Shown here piece by piece: positions 29,267 to 38,076 of a stretch of 64,000 nt of DNA; position 1 is the stretch's first letter, and each line of letters begins with the position of its first letter. The stretch comes from an uncultured Bacilli bacterium (lineage in GTDB: Bacteria > Bacillota_I > Bacilli_A > RF39 > UBA660). The stretch spans positions 25,698-89,697 of the forward strand of contig CANQBL010000002.1 in NCBI GenBank assembly GCA_947589105.1. The letters run 5' to 3'. Below the pieces are notes generated by a model. That model made no database searches. It was not told where the DNA came from and saw only the letters and a list, made by a program, of their open reading frames with translations. A program made the translations under genes and the position numbers.

Positions 29267-29275
29267 CATAAAATA
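29267..29275 (+). promoter_or_regulatory. Candidate sigmaK-type -10 element upstream of the YjcZ-like genes
   Basis: CATAAAATA matches CATAnnnTA and lies about 22 nt upstream of the RBS. Confidence 0.3.
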
Positions 29276-29296
29276 CTTTGAAAAGACAAAAAGGAG

Positions 29297-29380
29297 GAAT
29301 GAATTATGGGAAACAATTATGCATCCGGCGCTGGAATCATATTAGTATTATTTATCTTATTAGTAATCATAATAGGTGCT
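29297..29380 (+). CDS. YjcZ family small sporulation protein (27 aa; not in ORF track)
   Basis: RBS AAAGGAGGAATGAATT-ATG; MGNNYASGAGIILVLFILLVIIIGAYV has the Gly-rich N-terminus plus hydrophobic tail of the YjcZ family. Confidence 0.6.
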
Positions 29381-29415
29381 TACGTTTAATATAAAAAAAA
29401 GGAGGTTTGTAAACT

Positions 29416-29559
29416 ATGGCATGTTGTACAACAACCACAACTAACTCTTGTAACCCATGTGGAAACACTTGCAATTCAAGAGGAAGAGGCAATGGATTTT
29501 TACTAGTAATAGTACTTTATATCCTACTTGCTATAATAGTTGGTTCACTTGTATGCTAA
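29416..29559 (+). CDS. YjcZ-like small sporulation protein paralog, Cys/Thr-rich N-terminus (47 aa; not in ORF track)
   Basis: RBS AAGGAGGTTTGTAAACT-ATG; MACCTTTTTNSCNPCGNTCNSRGRGNGFLLVIVLYILLAIIVGSLVC. Confidence 0.55.
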   Translation: MACCTTTTTNSCNPCGNTCNSRGRGNGFLLVIVLYILLAIIVGSLVC

Positions 29560-29561
29560 AG

Positions 29562-29595
29562 GAAGCAAAATTTTGCTTCTTTTTTCTTTATTAAA
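29562..29595. terminator. Bidirectional terminator
   Basis: GAAGCAAAATTTTGCTTC hairpin followed by TTTTTTCTTT. Confidence 0.7.
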
Positions 29596-29602
29596 AAAAG
29601 TC

Positions 29603-30001
29603 TTAAGACTCTTTTATTTGATTATAAACTTCTTTTACATCTTTAATGAATTCTTGATGTTTTATTAATTCATTAGGTCTTTTATTATTGTAATATGGTT
29701 TTATGTGTAAATGATAGTGCTTTACTTCCTGTACATCACCGTTATTTTGAAGCAAACTAAAACCATTACAACCTAATTTTTCTTTTAATAATTCCATTAT
29801 TTTTTTAGATGTTTTATATATATGTAATAAAACGTCATCTGGAATATCATTAAGGTCTTTATAATGTAATTTCGGTATTATAAGAGTGTGACCGTCACAA
29901 TCAGGATTAATATCTAAGTATGCTAAACAAATATTATCTTCATACACTTTCATACTAGGAATATCACCATTTATTATTTTACAAAATATGCAATCTTTCA
30001 T
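29603..30001 (-). CDS. HIT family hydrolase
   Basis: Histidine triad HYHLHI and the N-terminal CIFCKII motif. Confidence 0.85.
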   Translation of the reverse strand: MKDCIFCKIINGDIPSMKVYEDNICLAYLDINPDCDGHTLIIPKLHYKDLNDIPDDVLLHIYKTSKKIMELLKEKLGCNGFSLLQNNGDVQEVKHYHLHIKPYYNNKRPNELIKHQEFIKDVKEVYNQIKES

Positions 30002-30106
30002 ATTATCACCTCTAACAATATTTTACCATAAAAATAATAATTTTTGCCGTATGTATATAAAAAATTATTAAAAAGTGTTAAAATAAAAGAACTAGGAGCT
30101 GATTAT

Positions 30107-30877
30107 ATGTTAGAAATAAAAAATTTAACAGGAAAGATAGAAAACAAAGTTGTTTTAAATAATTTTAATTTAACTATAAATGATGGCGAGGTTCATGTAA
30201 TAATGGGTCCTAATGGAGTAGGAAAATCTACTTTAACCAAGATAATTATGGGAGATTTTAACTATGAAGTTGTAGAAGGAAACATAATTTATAATGGGAC
30301 TAACATTTTAAAACTTAAAACTGATGAAAGGGCTAGACTAGGCATTTTTTTAGCAATGCAAAATCCTTTAGAAATAGATGGGGTTACAAATGCTGATTTT
30401 TTGAGAACGGCTCTTTCTAGTAAGAATCAAAAAAACGTTAATTTATACGAGTTTATAAAAAAAATTGACACTGCAAAACAAGAATTAATGATGCCTGATG
30501 AAATGGTTCATAGAAGTGTTAATAAAGGTTTTTCTGGTGGTGAAAAAAAGAAAAACGAAATATTACAAATGAAAATATTAGAACCCACCTTTATAATGCT
30601 TGATGAAATAGATTCTGGTGTTGATGTAGATGCTTTGAAAATAGTGGGAAATAATATTAACATGTATAGGAAAAAATATCCTAACGCATCATTTTTAATT
30701 ATTACTCATTATACACATCTATTAAAATATGTTAAGCCTGATTTTGTACACGTAGTAAAAGAAGGTAAGATTGTTAAAACTGGAGATTATAAATTAGCTA
30801 AGGAAATTGAAACAAATGGTTTTAACTTTGAAAAAGTAGTGATAGAAGCATTTGATGGAAGTGAAGTAAGTGAATAG
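30107..30877 (+). CDS. sufC: Fe-S cluster assembly ATPase SufC
   Basis: ATG at 30107 after AGGAG. Walker A GPNGVGKST, signature FSGGEKK, Walker B IMLDEIDSG, and the H-loop. Confidence 0.9.
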   Translation: MLEIKNLTGKIENKVVLNNFNLTINDGEVHVIMGPNGVGKSTLTKIIMGDFNYEVVEGNIIYNGTNILKLKTDERARLGIFLAMQNPLEIDGVTNADFLRTALSSKNQKNVNLYEFIKKIDTAKQELMMPDEMVHRSVNKGFSGGEKKKNEILQMKILEPTFIMLDEIDSGVDVDALKIVGNNINMYRKKYPNASFLIITHYTHLLKYVKPDFVHVVKEGKIVKTGDYKLAKEIETNGFNFEKVVIEAFDGSEVSE

Positions 30878-31607
30878 GATATTAATAGGAAGCAATAATG
30901 TTACAATAGGAAAAGTAAAAGAAAATAAAATAGTTATTGATGTAACTTATGATGTTAATCTTTTAATTGAAAATGATTCTTTTAAAGAATATGTTTTTAA
31001 CGTAAATAATGCTAATTTAAATATTTTAGTTACATCACTTAATAAAGATAAAGTAACATATGAAATAAATATAAATAAGGCAAACGTATCATTTAATAAC
31101 GTATCAAATAGTAATAATGATGTTTTTTTAACTGTTAATCTTAATAAAGAAGATTCTAATATAACGGTTCATAATTCAGTTATTGCAGATAAAAAACTTA
31201 AATATATTATAAATGTTAACCATAATAAAAAATTAACAAATAGTTTTATTTATAATAATGGAATAACTAAGGAAGATGGAACTATTGAATTTAATGTAGT
31301 AAGTCATGTTTTAAAAAAAAGTAAAGGTTGCAGCGTTATTCAAGATAGTAAAATTATAACCCTAAACGAAGCTAACGAAAGTAAAATAGAACCAATTTTA
31401 TTAATAGATGAATATGAATGTGAAGCAAAACATGCAGCATTTATTGGGAATTTTAACAAAGATGAATTGTTTTACTTAATGAGTAGGGGACTTACTATTA
31501 CAAAAGCTAAGGCCTTATTAACAAATGGAATATTAATTGGAACGCTAGATGTTTGTTTTAATGAAAAAGAAATTTTAAGAAAAAAATTAGAAAAAGAATG
31601 GAGGTGA
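30870..31607 (+). CDS. sufD: Fe-S cluster assembly protein SufD (short form)
   Basis: 245 aa; the C-terminal motif ELFYLMSRGLT is conserved in SufB/SufD. GTG start overlaps the sufC end. Confidence 0.7.
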   Translation: MNRILIGSNNVTIGKVKENKIVIDVTYDVNLLIENDSFKEYVFNVNNANLNILVTSLNKDKVTYEININKANVSFNNVSNSNNDVFLTVNLNKEDSNITVHNSVIADKKLKYIINVNHNKKLTNSFIYNNGITKEDGTIEFNVVSHVLKKSKGCSVIQDSKIITLNEANESKIEPILLIDEYECEAKHAAFIGNFNKDELFYLMSRGLTITKAKALLTNGILIGTLDVCFNEKEILRKKLEKEWR

Positions 31608-31614
31608 TGTTAAA

Positions 31615-32811
31615 ATGAATTTTAACAAAGATTTTAATATTTTATCTTCTGGAATTAATTATTTGGATAATTGTGCTACTACTTTAAAACCTAATAGCGT
31701 TATTGAAGCTTTAAGTGATTACTATAAAAACTATAGTGCTAATGCCCATAGAGGAGACTACGATATGAGCCTTAAAGTAGATAATAAAATAAGTGAGACA
31801 AGAAAAAAAGTTGCTAGGTTTATAAATGCAAAAGATTATAAAGAAATAATATTTACATCTGGAGCAACGGAAAGTTTAAATATGATAATTATGGGATATT
31901 TTCTTAATCGTCTTAAACCAGGTGATGAAATATTAACTACTAAAGCAGAACATGCTTCACTTCTTTTACCATGGTTTTATGTAGCAAAAAAAACGAATGC
32001 TAAAATAAAATACATAGATTTAAATTCTAATCTAGAAGTCACTTTAGATAATGTTAAAAAAGCGGTTACTAAAAATACTAAAGTAATATCTTTAGCGCAT
32101 GTAACAAACGTAATGGGAGATATAAGACCAATAAAAGAAATAATAAAATACGCTCACGAAAACAATATTTTAGTTGTTGTTGATGGAGCCCAAAGTGTTC
32201 CTCATGATACTGTTGATGTATCTAATTTAGACGTTGACTTTTTAGCTTTTTCAGCTCATAAAATGCTTGGCCCAACGGGACTTGGAGTTCTTTATGGTAA
32301 GGAAAAACTCTTAAAAGAAATGCAACCAATAATAACGGGCGGTGGAATGAACGCGTTTTTTGATAGTTTAATGAACGTAGAATATAAAGATATTCCTGAT
32401 AAGTTTGAGGCAGGTACTCCTAATGTTGCGGGTATAATAGGTTTTTCTAAAGCTATTGATTATTTAAATGAACTTGGAATGGAAAACGTCCATAAGTACG
32501 AAGTTGATTTAAAAAAATACTTAGTATCAAAACTTTCAAAGCTAAAAAATATTATTATTTATAATAAAGATATCCCAAATGGCATTGTAACGTTTAACGT
32601 AGATGGAGTTTTTGCTCAAGATGTTGCTGCTTATTTAAATAAAAAGGGCATTTGTGTTAGAGTAGGTAGCCATTGTGCCAAAACACTTTCTGAGGTTTTG
32701 GGAGTAAAAAATACTTGCCGTGCTAGTCTTTATTTTTATAATACAAAACAAGATGTTGATAAACTTGTTGAAGCATTAGATAATGATAATATATTATATG
32801 ATTCATTATAG
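31615..32811 (+). CDS. sufS: Cysteine desulfurase SufS
   Basis: PLP-dependent class V fold: SAHKMLGPTGLGVLYGK (Lys-PLP) and RVGSHCA (catalytic Cys). Confidence 0.9.
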   Translation: MNFNKDFNILSSGINYLDNCATTLKPNSVIEALSDYYKNYSANAHRGDYDMSLKVDNKISETRKKVARFINAKDYKEIIFTSGATESLNMIIMGYFLNRLKPGDEILTTKAEHASLLLPWFYVAKKTNAKIKYIDLNSNLEVTLDNVKKAVTKNTKVISLAHVTNVMGDIRPIKEIIKYAHENNILVVVDGAQSVPHDTVDVSNLDVDFLAFSAHKMLGPTGLGVLYGKEKLLKEMQPIITGGGMNAFFDSLMNVEYKDIPDKFEAGTPNVAGIIGFSKAIDYLNELGMENVHKYEVDLKKYLVSKLSKLKNIIIYNKDIPNGIVTFNVDGVFAQDVAAYLNKKGICVRVGSHCAKTLSEVLGVKNTCRASLYFYNTKQDVDKLVEALDNDNILYDSL

Positions 32812-32820
32812 GAGGTTTTT

Positions 32821-33246
32821 ATGGACGAGAATTTAAGAAAAAGTATTATACTAGAACATTATAGTAATCCTATTAATAAGGGTTTAGTAAATGATAAAAA
32901 ATATGTTAAAATAAACATGAATTCATCTTCTTGCATAGATAATTTAGATTTTATGGTAAAGATAGAAAATGGTATAATAAAAGACGCTAGGTTTGATGGA
33001 GAAGCTTGTGCTATATCAACGGCAGCTTCGTCAATTATGATGAATTTAATTATTGGAAAAAAAATAGAAGAGGTAGAAGATATAATAATTAATTATGAAG
33101 CAATGATTAATGAAGAAAGTTATAATGATAAACTTTTAAAAGAGGCTTGTGTATTTGATCAAATATATAAACAAGCTAATAGAAAAAAATGCGCACTTTT
33201 ACCTTTTGAAGGATTAAAGAGAATTTTATCACAAGAAAAGGAGTAA
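32821..33246 (+). CDS. sufU: SufU/IscU-type zinc-dependent sulfur transferase
   Basis: NifU-like N domain; GEACAISTAASSIMMNLIIGK. Confidence 0.85.
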   Translation: MDENLRKSIILEHYSNPINKGLVNDKKYVKINMNSSSCIDNLDFMVKIENGIIKDARFDGEACAISTAASSIMMNLIIGKKIEEVEDIIINYEAMINEESYNDKLLKEACVFDQIYKQANRKKCALLPFEGLKRILSQEKE

Positions 33247-33252
33247 TAAATT

Positions 33253-34032
33253 ATGATAAAGAAAAAACAAATAGTAGATCCCAAAAAAATAATGTATGCA
33301 CATTTAGCTAGATTAACAGCTGAAGATTTAGAAATTAATAAGTTAAATAATGTTAATTTAAGGTGTACTAATGAAAGCTACATCGTTGGTAAATTAGAAG
33401 AAGATAAATATGGGGTTAGAAAGTTTTTGGATATTATGCAAGACGATTCTTTTGGGTATTTATATTTTGATAAAGTATCTGATGCTGAAAATACTTTAAA
33501 ACCATATTATCAAGATGAAGTTTTTGTTATATATGCAAAACCTTTAACTGATTTAGGAATAACAAATCCTTGTACAAAAGATGAATTAAAAAGAAAGCTA
33601 CTTAATTCGGGAATTTACTTTAATTTTTCTTATTTAGATCCTGAAAACACTATGTATGCTAATTTAGCAGAATTTACTAGCCAGGACATATTAGAAAATG
33701 AGAGTAATAGCTCTATTTTAAGTTTCACAAACAAATCTTATATTGCTGGACAAATATCAGAAAAAGAAAATGGTTCTTTAGTATTTTGTGATATGGTAAG
33801 CAAAAAAACAAAACAGTATGAATATTTTAAAGACTTAAAAAAGGCATATAATACTCTTAAAACAGAGGATAAAAAAATTTTTGTTATTAATGCTAAACCT
33901 TTAACAGAAATTGGAATTAACGAATTATATACCGCTAAAGAATTAAGAGATGAATTAGTTAATAGTGATTTAAAATTTAATTTTTTAGATGACGAAGCTA
34001 TAGAAAAAGAAAAAGCAAGAATAAAAAAATAG
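33253..34032 (+). CDS. Hypothetical protein with two tandem ~120-aa homologous repeats, embedded in the suf operon
   Basis: Repeat 1 (MYAHLARLT...AKPLTDLGI...FNFSYLD) and repeat 2 (MYANLAEFT...AKPLTEIGI...FNFLDD) are about 35% identical. Strong RBS. Confidence 0.55.
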   Translation: MIKKKQIVDPKKIMYAHLARLTAEDLEINKLNNVNLRCTNESYIVGKLEEDKYGVRKFLDIMQDDSFGYLYFDKVSDAENTLKPYYQDEVFVIYAKPLTDLGITNPCTKDELKRKLLNSGIYFNFSYLDPENTMYANLAEFTSQDILENESNSSILSFTNKSYIAGQISEKENGSLVFCDMVSKKTKQYEYFKDLKKAYNTLKTEDKKIFVINAKPLTEIGINELYTAKELRDELVNSDLKFNFLDDEAIEKEKARIKK

Positions 34033-34047
34033 AAAGGAAAAATCTAG

Positions 34048-35382
34048 ATGGTTGAGTTTGGTAAGGGTTTGAACGAAGAAAAAATTAAATTGATTTCAGA
34101 GATAAAAAAAGAACCAAAATGGATGCTTGACTATCGTCTTGATTCTTATAAAAAGTTCAAAAATAGTAATGAACCTTGTTTTGGTCCCAAAATAAAACTT
34201 AATTTAAATGATATTAGATATTATAAATCAATAAATAAAGAATTAACAAATGACTGGAATAAAATTGATAATAGTATTAGAAAGACGTTTATAGATATTG
34301 GTATTCCAAAAGCAGAACAAGATTATTTAGCAGGAGTGCATGTTCAGTATGAAAGTGAAGCTTTATACCATAACATGTTAAAAGAACTAAACGAAAAAAA
34401 AGTTATCTTTTTAGATACAGATACCGCTTTAAAAAAATATCCGCAAATATTTAAAAAATATTTTGGTACATTGGTAAAAAATGATGATAATAAATATGCT
34501 TCTTTAAATGGATGCGTATGGAGTGGAGGAACTTTTATATATGTTCCTCCACATACTAAATTAGATAGACCGCTTCAAAGTTATTTTAGAATTAATTCAA
34601 AAGATATGGGTCAATTCGAAAGAACTCTTATAATTGTTGATGAAGATAGTAGTTTACATTATATAGAAGGTTGTACCGCACCTACTTATTCATCCGATTC
34701 ACTTCATGCTGCGGTAGTCGAGATTTTTGTAGGTAAATGTGCTAAATGTCGTTATACAACCATTCAAAATTGGTCAAATGATGTATATAATTTAGTTACC
34801 AAAAGGGCTATAGTAGAAGAATCCGGAGTAATGGAGTGGATTGATGGAAATATAGGTTCTAAGGTTACTATGAAATATCCAGCTTGTGTTTTAAAAGGTG
34901 ATTATGCGAAGGGTAGTTGCATAACCATTGCTGTAGCAACTGGAAATCAAGTGCAGGATACGGGAGCTAAAATGATTCATTTAGGTAAACATACTAAAAG
35001 TAATATTTTATCTAAATCTATTGCAAGAAGAGGTGGTAATGCTTCATACCGCGGACTTGTAAAAATAACTAAAGATGCTACGGATTCTTATGCAAACGTA
35101 AAATGTGATACCATTTTATTAGATGAAAAATCAAAAAGTGATACGTTTCCTACAAATGCTTGTTATAACGCTTCTAGCTTTATTGAACATGAAGCTACCA
35201 TATCTAAAATAGATCCTAACTTATTATTTTATTTAATGTCTAGGGGAATTAGTGAGGAAAAAGCAACTGAACTTTTAATAATTGGATTTTTAGAAGCTTT
35301 TAGAGAGGAACTACCATTAGAGTACGCGGTTGAATTAAATCAATTATTAAAAGGGGAAACAATAAAGGAATGCAAAATATAG
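34048..35382 (+). CDS. sufB: Fe-S cluster assembly scaffold SufB
   Basis: 444 aa; C-terminal LLFYLMSRGISEEKA motif and overall SufB architecture. Confidence 0.9.
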   Translation: MVEFGKGLNEEKIKLISEIKKEPKWMLDYRLDSYKKFKNSNEPCFGPKIKLNLNDIRYYKSINKELTNDWNKIDNSIRKTFIDIGIPKAEQDYLAGVHVQYESEALYHNMLKELNEKKVIFLDTDTALKKYPQIFKKYFGTLVKNDDNKYASLNGCVWSGGTFIYVPPHTKLDRPLQSYFRINSKDMGQFERTLIIVDEDSSLHYIEGCTAPTYSSDSLHAAVVEIFVGKCAKCRYTTIQNWSNDVYNLVTKRAIVEESGVMEWIDGNIGSKVTMKYPACVLKGDYAKGSCITIAVATGNQVQDTGAKMIHLGKHTKSNILSKSIARRGGNASYRGLVKITKDATDSYANVKCDTILLDEKSKSDTFPTNACYNASSFIEHEATISKIDPNLLFYLMSRGISEEKATELLIIGFLEAFREELPLEYAVELNQLLKGETIKECKI

Positions 35383-35589
35383 CATTCTTTTTTATAATTT
35401 AATAAATTGTCTAATTTTGTTTTAAGTTTTATAAAATTAAAATTATTGTTTGTTACAAAAAAACAGAATTTAATTTTTTAGTGTATTAACTTCTATTTTT
35501 AAAATTAAATAATTTACAAAAATTCAAATTTTATACTTTGTTTATTACTTTCTAAATAAGTATATTATTACCCGAAAGGAGAAATAAAA

Positions 35590-35931
35590 ATGTTAAATCA
35601 ATTAGTAGTAATAGGCAGATTAGTAAAAGATCCAGAGTTACGAAAGACAGAAAATGGTAAGAACGTTACTAATATAACGCTTGCAGTACCTAGAAGTTAT
35701 AAAAATTCTAACGGGGAATATGAAACCGATTTTATCGATTGCGTTCTTTGGAGTGCGGTTGCAGAGTCAACTAGTGAATATTGTAAAAAAGGTGATTTGT
35801 TAGGAGTTAAAGGTAGAGTACAATCAAGAAAGATAGAATTAGAAGATGAAAAAACTAAACAAATAACAGAAGTAGTTGCCGAAAAAGTTACGTTTTTATC
35901 ATCAAAAAAGCAAAATAAAACAGATGAATAA
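35590..35931 (+). CDS. ssb: Single-stranded DNA-binding protein, short form lacking acidic C-terminal tail (SsbB-like)
   Basis: 113 aa OB-fold. NQLVVIGRLVKDPELRKTENGKNVTNITLAV...DFIDCVLWSAVAE matches SSB but ends ...KKQNKTDE with no DDDIPF-type tail. Confidence 0.75.
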   Translation: MLNQLVVIGRLVKDPELRKTENGKNVTNITLAVPRSYKNSNGEYETDFIDCVLWSAVAESTSEYCKKGDLLGVKGRVQSRKIELEDEKTKQITEVVAEKVTFLSSKKQNKTDE

Positions 35932-36117
35932 TTAACTCGTAAAATAAACGTAAATACAAAATATGTGTTTACGTTTTTATTATATTAAAAATATATGGTG
36001 ATGATAAAATATTAACTAAGACTAAAGATACAAAAAGAATAATTCGTTTTATTTTATACCTAGTTGTTGACTTTTAAAAATAAATTACTATAATATTATT
36101 TTCTGTAGGGGAGATTA

Positions 36118-36648
36118 GTGATGAAAAAAAAGTATATTTTAATAAAAAATCCTATTGTAAAGAATACTATAGCAATTACACTAGCATGTACAATGGCAGT
36201 TTCTTTATTTAGTTATATAAAAAATAAAAAAGATAACAAAATGATAAAATTAATAAATGAAAACGGGGAAGATTTAGTAGTAATTACTTTGATTGATAAG
36301 GCTAGTGATTATGTAATAGGTAATGAAATGTATGGATACATTGATGAAGATTTTAATTTTAATAGTGTAACCAAAGATTATTCAGTAAATTTAAATTTTG
36401 AAGGAAATACAAATTGCGATTTTTATTATACTAAGTACTTGAATTGTTTGTCAGAAAAAGAAAAAAAAGAAGCTACAGAAATACCTTTTAGTGATATATC
36501 AGAGTTTGAGAAAAAAGCTTATATAATAATTCCTTATGGGGAACCTAAATTAACCGATGAAACAAAAGTAATTAACATGGACAAATTAGATTATGGATAT
36601 TTTAAAGATTCAGAAGAAAAAGAAAAAGTAATGGTAAAACAAAATTAA
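36118..36648 (+). CDS. Putative lipoprotein, function unknown
   Basis: Signal peptide with a lipobox-like ITLAC; 176 aa. Confidence 0.45.
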   Translation: MMKKKYILIKNPIVKNTIAITLACTMAVSLFSYIKNKKDNKMIKLINENGEDLVVITLIDKASDYVIGNEMYGYIDEDFNFNSVTKDYSVNLNFEGNTNCDFYYTKYLNCLSEKEKKEATEIPFSDISEFEKKAYIIIPYGEPKLTDETKVINMDKLDYGYFKDSEEKEKVMVKQN

Positions 36649-36745
36649 AGAAAAAATAAAGTTTTCTTTTTTTTATGTAATTTTGTAGTTATGTAAATAC
36701 AATTTTGATATAATTATAGTAATAAATATAGAAAGGGTTAAAACT

Positions 36746-38020
36746 ATGAACATAACTAGTATTATAGAAAAAAAGAAAGATAAAAAAAATCTTAGTGAAG
36801 ATGAAATTATTTATGCGGTTAACGCTTATGTAATGGGACTTATATCTGATGCTCAAATGTCAGCTTTATTAATGGCAATTTGTATTAATGGAATGAACTT
36901 AGAAGAAACTTATTTTTTAACTAAAGCTATGATAGAAAGCGGTAACGTAATAGATTTATCCAATATTCCTGGAATTAAAGTCGATAAACATTCTACTGGA
37001 GGGGTAGGAGATAAAACAACTCTTATCGTAGCTCCAATTGTTTGTTCTTGCGGCGTTAGTGTTGCAAAATTATCAGGAAGAGGTCTTGGTCATACTGGAG
37101 GAACTATTGATAAACTTGAATCTATTAAAGGTTTTAAATCGGATTTAAGCGAAGAAGAATTTATAAAACAAGTAAAAGAAATTGGAATAGTTGATGCACA
37201 GCAAACGAAGCAAATAGTTCCTGCGGATAAAAAAATATATGCTTTAAGGGACGTTACCGGAACTACAAGATCAGTACCTTTAATTGCATCTTCTATAATG
37301 AGTAAGAAAATAGCTGCAGGAGCTGATAAAATTGTTTTAGATGTTAAAACTGGTTCTGGAGCATTAATAACTGATTTTGAGGAATCCGTTGAGCTTGCTA
37401 AAACAATGGTTTTTCTTGGTAAAAAATTTAATAAAGAAACTATAGCCCTTATAACCGATATGAATGAGCCTCTTGGAAATTCAATAGGTAATGCACTAGA
37501 AGTTAAGGAAGCAATAAAAACCCTTGAAGGTAATGGCGAAGAAAGATTAACTGAGTTATGTTTAACAATTGCTTCTTACATGATAAGTTTAGGTAAACAA
37601 ATATCTTTTGAAGAAGCAAAAAAACAGGCGCAAGAAGCTTATACATCTAAAAAAGCATTGGAAAAATTTAAAGAATTTATTAAGTATCAAGGTGGTAATA
37701 TAGAAGATATAAAAACTTCAAAAAATTTTTATGATATACACTCTAATTATGATGGATATATAAGAGATATAGATGAGACTGTTCTTGCTATGGAATGTTT
37801 AAAAATGGGTTCTGGAAGAATTAATAAAGAAGATAAAATAAATTATGGTGTTGGTATCGTTATTAAAAAACATATAGGAAATTATGTTTCTAAAGGAGAT
37901 ATACTGGCAACTATTTATTATGATGATAAGAAGCCTGATAATAAAAACATAATAAATTCCTTTATGTTAAGTGAAAAAAAAGAAAAAGGTTTTCCACTTA
38001 TATATACGGTAATTAAATAA
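36746..38020 (+). CDS. pdp: Pyrimidine-nucleoside (thymidine) phosphorylase
   Basis: 424 aa; motifs DKHSTGGVGDKTTL and SGRGLGHTGGT, plus the C-terminal PYNP domain. Confidence 0.9.
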   Translation: MNITSIIEKKKDKKNLSEDEIIYAVNAYVMGLISDAQMSALLMAICINGMNLEETYFLTKAMIESGNVIDLSNIPGIKVDKHSTGGVGDKTTLIVAPIVCSCGVSVAKLSGRGLGHTGGTIDKLESIKGFKSDLSEEEFIKQVKEIGIVDAQQTKQIVPADKKIYALRDVTGTTRSVPLIASSIMSKKIAAGADKIVLDVKTGSGALITDFEESVELAKTMVFLGKKFNKETIALITDMNEPLGNSIGNALEVKEAIKTLEGNGEERLTELCLTIASYMISLGKQISFEEAKKQAQEAYTSKKALEKFKEFIKYQGGNIEDIKTSKNFYDIHSNYDGYIRDIDETVLAMECLKMGSGRINKEDKINYGVGIVIKKHIGNYVSKGDILATIYYDDKKPDNKNIINSFMLSEKKEKGFPLIYTVIK

Positions 38021-38076
38021 AAAACTTGAATGTATAAATTAAAATAAAAGACATATTTTTTATTAGAGGTGTTTAA

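Noticed and set aside
35383-35589. Long AT-rich intergenic region upstream of ssb, examined for sRNA or palindromes
   Set aside because: Only short imperfect repeats (e.g. TTGTTTGTTACAAAAAAACAG). Nothing beyond a generic AT-rich promoter region could be supported.
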